DNA of 63,188 nucleotides, filler included, from Welwitschia mirabilis (taxonomy: Eukaryota): the NCBI GenBank assembly GCA_051453625.1. It is 4 parts of one record of this genome, joined end to end, with 100 filler letters (N's around TTAATTAATTAA, not from the genome) between each part and the next. Parts side by side here need not be neighbours in the genome. Positions count along the whole stretch, not along the records: positions 46,304 to 59,215 come from JBOZIK010000001.1; positions 59,316 to 63,188 come from JBOZIK010000001.1; 2 more parts are not named here. One strand, written 5' to 3'. The position numbers and the translations under genes are program-made. Positions within the stretch are counted from its first letter, which is position 1; each line of letters starts with the position of its first letter. The notes under the pieces are model-generated. The model ran no database searches and was not told the origin of the DNA. It saw only the letters and a list, made by a program, of their open reading frames with translations. This document shows, piece after piece, positions 53,014-63,188 of this stretch.

Positions 53014-54264
53014 TGTTGCAATGTCAACTTGTCGAAATTTGATGGCATATTTTAGGTACTTTTTCAAGATATTTATATAGGTTTGGATGTAATTCTAATG
53101 ATTCTAGAGAACTGACAGGATGCTCCCTAAAACATGTGATTCTTAGCATATTTGAAGGCATATCAAGATTATTTTGATACTTCATACTTTAAAAGAAGGA
53201 TTTACCATGCAGAAGACTATTTTCTATTTGAGGTAGTAGATGGAAAAGCCTTTTGTTTCCTCTATCGTCTCCACAACAAGTAGAACAATAGCATTGCTGA
53301 CATGGATGGAGTCTATGGAGTTGACCATAGGGCTTGAAGCTGATGGACCCCTTTTGATGTAAAGTGATGTCCCCATTATCATCCCTACGATAGTTAAGAT
53401 GATAGTTATTTTTGTATGGACAGGGAGAATTATCTTTGTAATGGGGTCATGTGACCCATGTGGATTGCAAGGGTTTCTTCTCTGACTTTTAGGGTTGAGC
53501 TTCTAGAACTTCAATGTAAAACTATAAATACCCTCCCTTTTCTTCACTTCCATTTCCATCTTTTGTACCTAGTGTTCTTGTGATAGAAGACTAATTAACA
53601 AGAGGTCCATCTAGTAGCTATGGAGAGAAGTTTACCTTGGTGTTGAGCTAAGTATCCTCCATTGAGGTGCTACTACTTTGTTGTAAGTGGATGTAAAAGT
53701 TCATTATTAATTCAATTACTCTTTTTACTACTAATGTGTAAATGTCCCTTATGGTTTAAGTTGATTATAATTGGTGATAGTTCCATAATTTATTTAGATC
53801 ATAAAGGTAATCTTTGTTAACATTAACTTAGTTAGTTTAGGTTTGCATTACATTTCCTTTATTCCATTTTACATTTTCATTATTTAAATTATATTTGAAA
53901 CATCCTATAGTTTATGCTAGTTAGGAACAATTGATAAACTCTTTCTAATTTATCTAAATTATAAAGAACTATTTCTTATGTTAGGAGGATTAGAATCTAA
54001 ATAAAACTCATCTCATTTGCATTTCATCCACTGCATTTCACCTTCATTCATCTGGCATTGAATTTTGCATTATTGTTTACTTTCATATATTAAAAGATAA
54101 AATACTATAATACTTTATGAAATCAATTCTCTAATTCTAGTGCCTTTAATGGATTATGACATTTGGGTTAACTCTTATCTATACTATGTGTGTTTTTTCG
54201 CAAGTATTATGATTTATAGGTTTTGCTTAAGGGATTAGAGATTGTACAAATTCACATTGCAACA
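53014..54264 (+). repeat. 3' LTR (1251 bp) of the family-B Athila element
   Basis: PPT AAGTAGGAGGCTA upstream. Termini TGTTGCAATGT...ACATTGCAACA form a perfect 11-bp inverted repeat. TATA-like CTATAAATA at ~53522. Confidence 0.9.
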
Positions 54265-57200
54265 ATTCATATCAGAGCAATAGCTACAATAAATATAATT
54301 CCAAGTGCTCATCACCATGTCTTGCTTATTTTAGTTTCTATTAAGAAAAAACCACTTATAAAAAAATTCATAAATAGCACTCCCTTTTCCTACAACACAT
54401 TTAACACTAGAAATAGGTTGAAAATCATTCTCCAAACATATAAACATTTTCTTAAAAATTAAAATATTTCAATTAATAAAAAATAGTGTAGTACATAAGT
54501 ATCATTTAAATTTTTAAAACATAGTTTAATACCCTATAAGTTGTTTCAATACTTACTGTATTACATTAAGTTAAATCCATCTATAAGGTAAAATTCACTT
54601 AAAAGATACAAATTCTAAGAATTCTAAATGCATGATAATCTAATCAAACTATCAAGAGTAGATAGAAAGCATTGATATCTACAACATTATCATTAAGATC
54701 ACAGCAACTTTAATTGAATAAACATGCTTACAGTTAAGAAGCATTTTGACTTTCCATGACTACCAACTAAAGCCCATTCTATCATTTTAAAAGTAAAGTA
54801 CTAAATCCTATGGAACATTACAAAAAGAGATGGAAGTTGGTTTTATCTTACAAGTATCATATTTTTGTATGTACCATTATGCATCAATGTCAGATGTTTA
54901 ATAGACATTAAAATAAGGCATATAAAAGGTGCTAATAAAAAAAAATTTCAAGTGTCTTTATAAGTGTATAGATTCATGAGAAGGTAATATGAGATTATGA
55001 TTCTATAGATTCAAAAATACAAGAGATGAAGCAAGATCAAAATTATTGCTACTTAAAATTACGTAGTGAAATCCTAGTGACTATATATTTACCTAGACTA
55101 TTAACCACTTAATATTACTAGGTAACGTCTTCTATCTATATTTTCCTAACATTGTTGCTAAGTTCCATCACACAATAGTTTAAGTAGAAATATTAATAAT
55201 TAAATAACCAACTTGAATAGCTTATTTTCCAATTTCTCTTGGAATCAAAAGCTATTTAAGCAACACACTTATCATTGCAACTTAGTCTTCATAATTGCTT
55301 GGATGACATGATAGAAGTAGTTGGAAGCCATTTGAAGAGCCTTAAAATAGCTCCCTTGCCTCCTCTTATCCATTGGGATGAGATCGTTGTATCCAAGTTC
55401 TCAATCTAAATTATCTAATTATTTAATAGATTGACTTTATACTATTCCATTTTCTATTTCTCAAATTGTGTAACATATTATATCATAGATTAATTATTTA
55501 TTTCTTAAACATATTTGATTCATAGTTTGTGACTAATTAGTAATAGCCAATTAGATCCCTCTAGTGGCTTGCATGGAAATAGATTAGATGCATTATTATT
55601 TCTTTAAGTAGTAATCTAATTTTTGTAGTAGTATCTTACATTGTTCTTTTCTTAGTGTTCTTCTTCTCTCTAACCCGTTGTCTTCACTACTTACAATATT
55701 CAAGATTATTAAATGATTTGAAATGCATGCTTTGAAATAGACACAATAGTTTCATCATTGTTATTAGGATCTTAACCTTTATAAGATGGAGGATGAATAT
55801 GGTTGCCAATAAGAATCTTAATTTTAGTTAGAAATTATATTACTACTTTAACAATAAATCTTATAAAATAAATTAAAATAGCTATAAGTAAATAGATTTG
55901 TAAAAATAAAAAATGCTAAAATAGCAATAAAAATACAAAAAAGTTATAATTATTTAGCTATAGTCTCCTCCACTCTCAATAGAAAATAAAATTCTTCCTT
56001 CTTATTGTTTCCCTTAAAAAATTTCTTGAGTACAATAGTTGATACTTTTTGTATGTGTTTAGCAACAATTGTCCAAAAGATCCTTTTTTACTTAAGTATC
56101 AGCTAAAGAAATGATTTTCCTAAAGGTAAATCACAATAAGCCTTTAATAGCCAACAACCAATAAAAGGTTTTTTTTGGCTAAAGCATAGCTAAAAGAAAT
56201 TTAAAATTTTAGAAAAAAGTATACCTAGAATGCACAAGTAGAGTAGTGAATTCACTTCCTCTCTTACAAAGAATAAAATACAATTTTACAATAAGTTACA
56301 AAAATAGAAAAAGAGGATAAAATTCTTGAAAGATAGCTAAATTTGAAACAAATTTGTTTATTAAGATGAACCTTTGAATTGCCTTATAAAGATATCCAAT
56401 TTTGACTAATGTAGATGAAGTCCTAAGAAAATAGATAATCCAATGCATGGTAATTATCTTTAGAAGCTTGAAATAATCTTAAAATAGGTAGGCTTATTTC
56501 ATAACATCTATTTATAACTTCTCACAAATGATATCAATGTTGTGTTAGGCTTAGATATTATGTCTTTGAAGGATGTAAATATTTCAAAGCTTATGTTGTA
56601 AATGAGAAATAAGAACTAATAAGGAAATTCATGCATATGGTGGGGGGAAAACCTAAGTATGAAGTTTGACACTTACCTTTATAGTATCACAATAAGAAAT
56701 AAAACAACTATATCATATGTACCATAGAAAAATAGGACAATAAAAATTAAAAACATATCTATAATGATGATGGTTAGAAGTCCCTTTCTATATAACACAA
56801 ATGTGACAAAGTTCATACTAATAAAAGTAGTATAATTTTGCATTTGAAATTAAAATAGATTATCATGAAAAAGCAAAAGAAAGGGATTTCATTGATGGTT
56901 TAATAAGAATATATTTTTCCATCACATGAGACCATCTAGATATCCATGTTACTATCACATACCTACAAAGGAAAGGAATATGCTAAACATAAATCTTGTT
57001 CTCTTCTTTTGCATAGTTCTAGATTAAGAGAGCCTGCCATGTCCAAGATGTTTAGGATTCTTAAAATTAATGATGTTAATATCTAGATATGTAATATTCA
57101 ATTAAGAAAAATCCTCTCTTTACCCAGTATAGACAACATGAAACTTGATAAATTACAAAAACCAATAGAATCAAAGAGAGGTTAAGTCAAAACTTCTTCC

Positions 57201-57479
57201 ATACTAGGTCTTAATCAAAAAATGATGAATATGCTATTGAAGTAAATGAAGGGAAGGATCACCATCAATTTTATCAAATCACATAAGTGTAATGATCATT
57301 ATGCAGGTTAATAAAATAAGAAGCTAAGGTGGTTATGTGCTTAACTATAATCCCTAAGATAAGAGAAAATAGAGATCTTAAATCAAAATAGGATAAGGCA
57401 ATTATGAGATAGAAAAATCATTTAAAGTTACCTAATTGTCTATGTCCTAGATGCATTAGATACATATAGTTAAAAAAGT

Positions 57480-57840
57480 GTAAAAGAAGCTTTGAAGCAC
57501 ATTAACTAGTGAGAGCATTGAGTACAATGATAAGGAATCAACTTGAGAAAGGCCAATGGAGATAACGATACTAAGAGTAAGTAGGTCTCAAAACTAAACT
57601 AAAATATAATGGATTGATTCAAATGTAAAGGTCATATTTTGATCAAGAATTATTCTCTAAAAAAGGGCATTGATTATAAAGAAAACTTTATTTCTATATC
57701 CAAAATCCATTTCATGAAGAATACTTATCTCTGAAGTTGTTCAAAAACATTAGGAACTTTAACAAATGGATGTCAAGGTATATTTTTAAATGTAAAACTT
57801 GAGAAATTATATGAAACAACACAAAAAACTTTATAAAAAA
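57480..57840 (+). pseudogene. Ty1/copia reverse transcriptase remnant
   Basis: KCKGHILIKNYSLKKGIDYKENF (resembles YKARLVAKGYSQK.GIDY.ETF) and QMDVK..FLN...YMKQ. Confidence 0.75.
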
Positions 57841-59315
57841 AATATAAAAACATAAGATTAAAGACAAAAGAAGTTTTACGATCTTAAGGGATAGAAATAA
57901 AAAAAGAAAAAAGGAAAAAATAAACATGATTCTAATACATCAATATAAACTCCTATCTCCTCTTGCTAAGCTTTAATAAATCAAAAATGAATGTCAACCT
58001 ATATGTCATAAAGATAAAGAAAATAAAATAGTTATACTTTTCTTATACATTGATCATATAATCATCATGAGGAAGATGCTAGACAAGATTGATTAGATGA
58101 AGAAACAATAATATTATTAATTCAAAAAGTCAAACTCAAAACTACTATCCTACATTCCTAGATATAAAACCACATAACTTTGTAATAAAATTATATTTTC
58201 CCACGTCATCTATACAGGAAAAATGATTATTAATTTTAGTATGAAGTATGCATAGTGTAAAGCCAAAATTCATACCTATGAATCCAATCAATAGGTCTAG
58301 ATTAATAAACTCTAACCTTATTCATCTAATTCCATGTAGGAAGATAACTGAAAAAATAAACTACTAAATGTTAAATGCATCTTAGTAAGGATGTTGTATT
58401 GGATTCTCATATCTTCCATGATAGATTGCTTACCAGAAATCCTAAATGAATGCCTTGATACACATAATAACTTTCCCCTAATTTGACCTTAATTTAACAT
58501 AATTCATTGCCTAAAGGAATATACCTAAGGCTTGTGAGCTTTAGTTAAATTTGTATGATAAGTTTGTGGCCCTAACCATATGAACTTGCAAGATTGAAAT
58601 CTAAAACTCCCTAAATAAAAGGATAACATAAGTAGCATCATTTATGATCCCTAGCCAACATAACTATTATCATCTCCACCTTAGTTAACTTAGTTTACCC
58701 TTTTAGTAAGAATTCTAACTCTTAAAAATAAAGGCTTTTTATATCATAGTCTTAAATGAGGATTAAAATAGTAATTTTAGTAAGTCAAAATCATGATTAT
58801 TAAAAAATTGCTTTAAACTTACTCTAAATTTTATTCTCTAGGAATCATTATTTTGGACCTTGGAATCATAATTTTAGTGATTTCTATGACTTTCATGATT
58901 CCAAAATTTTCTAGTGTATAATAATCTATTAAAAGTGGATAAACCCATTTTTTCCTTACCTTTCCAATGCCATCTTACTTTAATAACAGGGCTTCATTCC
59001 CTTACTAATCTAAAATGATATAGTTTCAATAGTAATCTATTGTTTTGAATATAAAGTGTTTTTAGGTTTTTAAGATTCTTAACACAGATAAACATCATAG
59101 TTATGTTATATTTGCAATGTTGAATACTTTTTGTCATTAACAATAGAATATAAACATCTAATGTAATATATTTCATTTGATATTAGTATTTTAAGAAATT
59201 TTATATGTCAAATTTNNNNNNNNNNNNNNNNNNNNNNNNNNNNNNNNNNNNNNNNNNNNTTAATTAATTAANNNNNNNNNNNNNNNNNNNNNNNNNNNNN
59301 NNNNNNNNNNNNNNN

Positions 59316-60346
59316 AAAACACAAGAAACGTAGCTGAGAGTGATACATACTTTGCAAGAGAACTCAGTGGAAAAATCGCTTTTGCTGGAAAATCGGTGGA
59401 AAATTGTTGTCGTTGTCGAGGTTTCAACTTGAAACAAGGTGGAAAATGGAAGAAGACTGGGCAGCAAGTCGTTGTCGCTAGGCGTTGCGTGGCTGAAACC
59501 TGTTTCTGCCCCTTTTCACATCTTTTTCCACTTTTTATCTTTTTTTTTCCTTTACGCGGACTCGCCGGACTCGCCGCGAGTCTGACAACAGTGGTTGTTA
59601 GTGCTATTGTGAATCTATGATATATGATGTCATCCATGTTTTGTGTTTGTAACTAGTTTGCAACAAGCTTAGAGAAGTTTTCTGGCAACTAGTTTCAACA
59701 CTTCAAAGACTAGATTGAGGAAAGGGCTATTCTTTTCCTATATATCTTCTTTGAACACTTGTGTTTTCCCATATGGCCATATGCTTTGTTTAAACAAATG
59801 ACATTTTTCTTCAAGGATTTCGTGTTTGTGAGAGTTTAAGATTGTAAAGGGTGCAAGTGTGTTACATAGTTTTTTTGCAATGCATTAGCATTTGTTTGTG
59901 GTTTTAGTAGTGTTTTTATTGCTTTGCTTAATATTTGGTCTGGGGTGATTGTTGCTCACACCAACAACTGCATCATGGGGTGATGTGCTGTATGGCTTGA
60001 TGCCTATCACTTCGATTGAGGATTACGGAGTTCTCTTTGGGGATTGGTAACACCAATCCAACCTTATAATTGTGTAGGAAGGTAGGGCTAGTGATTGGAA
60101 TGAAGTCGTAACAAGGTAAGCTTACTCGAAGGAGAAATTGGATCACCTCCTTTTTAGGGAGAGTTAATGCTTCTTAGGCTTTTTGGTTTTGGCTCTACAC
60201 CCTTGAGCCACATTTGAGATAAGTGGGAGTTTTCTCTTGTTGCATGAAGACAAAGTTTATAAGCTTATTACCCTACGTCGGAACAAGTTGATAGGATACT
60301 TTTACTTTAGATATTCCCACATTTCATGATATTTTCGTACCAATCA
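59316..60346 (+). mobile_element. LTR-like sequence, CpG-retaining and so probably younger
   Basis: GC/CpG-richer U3-like tract, CCTATATAT box (~59738), GTGAGAG...TTGTAA R/U5-like tract and a possible end ...ACCAATCA. No partner LTR or PBS in the window. Confidence 0.4.
60078..60320 (+). pseudogene. rrn16: Plastid-derived 16S rRNA 3' end plus rrn16-trnI spacer fragment (NUPT)
   Basis: GAAGTCGTAACAAGGTA...GGATCACCTCCTTT is the universal 16S end (~60153). It is preceded by plastid-type AGGGCTAGTGA and followed by TAGGGAGAGTTAATGCTT and GTCGGAACAAGTTGATAGGAT, which I recall as seed-plant plastid spacer motifs. Several substitutions. Confidence 0.85.
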
Positions 60347-60723
60347 TTACCAAGCTCAATGTTTTATCATTTACTCAATGCAAACAGGTTAGCTTTGCTA
60401 AGAGCAATCTTGACTTTTAAACTAACTTAAAGCTTCAATATTCATGGCATGTCAAGTTTAATCTTTATATTCATACGTGAATAATGGAATGTACACTCAA
60501 TGCCAATATTGAATGAATCATGTAGGAGGGTTGATGATGTATAGTGTAAATAAGGAATTCACACATATAGATTAAGAAAGCTTGACACTTGATCTTGATT
60601 AAAGAACTCCCATCTAAATTGAAGCATTCCTACTTCAGTTGAGAATTTCAAGATTCCAACGCAAATCTACTGATGAATACAAATCTGTCTTCTATTTCAA
60701 GCAATGTTGAAGTGATATAAATT

Positions 60724-60795
60724 TGTTAGAAAAATGCAGCAGAGCAAAAGCAAAATGCAAATATCAACACACCAGATTTACGTGGAAAACCCCAA
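60724..60795 (-). mobile_element. 3' end (U5) of a copia LTR, cut by a gap
   Basis: Reverse complement GGGGTTTTCCACGTAAATCTGGTGTG...TTTCTAACA, a typical copia U5 end. Confidence 0.6.
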
Positions 60796-61414
60796 NNNNN
60801 NNNNNNNNNNNNNNNNNNNNNNNNNNNNNNNNNNNNNNNNNNNNNNNNNNNNNNNNNNNNNNNNNNNNNNNNNNNNNNNNNNNNNNNNNNNNNNNNNNNN
60901 NNNNNNNNNNNNNNNNNNNNNNNNNNNNNNNNNNNNNNNNNNNNNNNNNNNNNNNNNNNNNNNNNNNNNNNNNNNNNNNNNNNNNNNNNNNNNNNNNNNN
61001 NNNNNNNNNNNNNNNNNNNNNNNNNNNNNNNNNNNNACTATATAAAATATATAAAGTCACACTATAAAGGAATAAATAATATCAAGAGATTTGGCTTCAC
61101 TTCCAACAAAATTTGCTATTGAAAAAAATGCTCATAAAAAATGGATTAAGATAAAAACAATGGATAATACCTCTAGTTGTGACAAATTTATCGAATACTA
61201 CAAATCAATGAAAGAAACGTGCAATTTTAGTCCCATAATCTCCTTCACTATTTGCACCATGTGCTCCTTCTATTCTTTGTTGTGTCATGTTTGCTCACTG
61301 CTGCAACAGCCCAGCGGGAAAACATTTTAAGTAATGCATGTGCTTCATGAGCATGACTATTTTCTTATTTTTTTGTGTATGACGGCCACTATTCATCTCT
61401 TTCTCAGGTGGTGG

Positions 61415-62391
61415 CTAATCACAGGGAGTTGGCAGAAAACTTTGTATTGACTCAATGAGAGTAGGCATGTTACCATCGAGGTGACTAAGCACCATATCGG
61501 CGATCAGTTGCCACCTAGTTGAACACGGGTTAACAGAAACCCCATATTCTCTTAAACATATGGACACTTTTATCAAGTCTACTACATGATCTGCCCATTT
61601 GTTAGAGTATATAGTGATGTCATCTAAATAAACCACCACCCAATTCCTAGTCAGGCTTGTCAATGTATATGCCATGACTCTCTGAAAAGTAGCTCTGGCA
61701 TTGTTTAGTCCAAATGGAATCCTCTTGTAGGCGTACGTCACCCACTTGGTAATGAATGTTGTCTTGATTTAGTCTAAAGTAGCAGCTTGAATTTGAATGT
61801 GTTTCAACTTCTTTGCATTCTTTGATATCATAGAAGTATGTCCCTAATCCCGAGTCTCAAATGGGCTCTTTAGGAGTGGCCTTTTTTGTTTACTAAGCTA
61901 TCACATTATACTTTAAGTTAGGCTTCCTCTCTATCCAAATTTGATTTGGAACACTTTTCCAAGGCAATCACATGTGAGAATAATCTGAGAAGATGTAGGT
62001 GTTGAGGGAGGCTATGCAACTCCGACTCAGCAATGCTCCATCGATTGTAGGGATATTCACAACATAGAAGACTGCCATACTCATGACTCTTGCATTTGCA
62101 ACAAGTTGGACCTCCACATCTTTCAAAATACCTTGACATTGGTTCTGTCAAGCTAGACTATAGCCTTGCAACACTTTTCTGTGGTGAGGCTAGTTGCCTT
62201 TCTACTTTTGATGGCAGAATGTTTGTGGATGCTCTTGAATCGATTAGACAATTGTGTACATTCTTGTCAAACATTCCATGAGAAAAAGAGGCACATGCTT
62301 CTTGGTTGTAAAAATGGTGGCCTTGGCCTCTAATTCTTGCAACATTCATCTCTAGGGGTGAATATTCCGTTTGTTGGGTGGATGCTGTCAT
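61415..62391 (-). pseudogene. Ty3/gypsy protease and RT remnant (internally deleted)
   Basis: HNCLIDSRASTNILP (protease) and YKRIPFGLNNARATFQRVM...VVYLDDITIYS (RT YLDD motif). Confidence 0.9.
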
Positions 62392-62467
62392 GTAAGCCTG
62401 GGATAGCTTGTTTCTCTCATACTTTTAAAGTGTGGAATCATGAAGGAATTGTTTTTCTCCCAAAAAG

Positions 62468-63188
62468 ATGTAAATAATTAGAATCGCCGAAATCGTGACC
62501 CAAAATTGCCCGGAATCGCGGAGTTAAAAAGTAAGTATAAATATAATATTTTAAATGGTATTCAACGTTTATATTGCATTTTTAATGCGAAATAAGACCT
62601 AAAACAACATAAAGAAGTAAAAACTTTCAAAAAACTTCTCATTCATAATACATTTGTATATTTTATAGTCCACACTTCACAATACATAGTCGTGAGATCA
62701 TAGTTAAGATGGAATAAAGCCACAGTGATGATTACATTACATAGAGAGTGCAAAGTACAACTACAGTCAAGAATCTGCCATTAAAGCCTAAGGATGGAGG
62801 AAATAATCAAGAATTTGTTGAAAACAAAAACAAGAAACAAATTAGAAGCAAACAGAATGTTTTTAAAAAATGAAAAGAGTTGGTATTAAAAAACATTGGG
62901 ATTTTCTTTCCTAGGTTTTAGTTATTAGAAGTTAAGATATGCTCAAAAATTGAGCTAATAGACCAAAACCAGATGAAACCTTTTCCAAGCGAATAGGAAT
63001 CTTTGATTCAAGCAAATTTGATTGTTTTCGAAGTGTTGGAGAATCACAAGAGGGATAAGGAATGGACGAAATGAGGTAGACTGGCTGATTTTCTCCTTGT
63101 TTTGCCTTTTTAACAGCCTGTTATGCATCACGATTCCGTATTCACAAAATCGCGATTCCAAGTGAAGCACTGGAATCGCAATTCCAAC
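62468..63188. mobile_element. Probable non-autonomous DNA transposon (hAT-like) with GAATCG/CGATTC subterminal motifs
   Basis: Motif clusters at 62480-62522 and 63130-63188 around a non-coding AT-rich core. The right end is not in the window. Confidence 0.45.

Noticed and set aside
58360-58460. Possible LINE zf-RVT remnant (IFHDRLLTRN); a similar weak hint lies near 15110-15260
   Set aside because: Too short and degenerate to support without an HMM search.
60078-60153. Functional 16S rRNA gene or bacterial contamination
   Set aside because: Only ~75 nt of the 3' end, mutated in conserved positions, with plastid-type spacer and nuclear repeat flanks.

Overview
AT-rich, gapped land-plant nuclear DNA made almost entirely of old, decayed transposable elements; I see no intact host gene. 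It contains: (i) hAT (zf-BED/DUF659/dimerisation-domain) transposase relics, some with introns; (ii) Ty1/copia relics, including Sirevirus-like ones; (iii) Athila-type Ty3/gypsy elements. The most structured object is an 18.3-kb head-to-tail array (18742-37048) of at least four non-autonomous gag-protease-only Athila-like units. The units share LTRs, are bounded by one near-perfect 5-bp target-site duplication (TSD), and split a hAT reading frame that rejoins in frame when the array is removed. Other notable items: a complete 3.1-kb non-autonomous LTR element with 39-bp tandem arrays in both LTRs; a conserved, possibly structured 3' non-coding block and a recurring hairpin shared by autonomous and non-autonomous Athila families; and a plastid 16S rRNA/spacer fragment inside an LTR-like sequence. 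Three gaps carry an artificial TTAATTAATTAA linker, so contiguity across them is not guaranteed. All family assignments come from reading motifs by eye, not from database searches.
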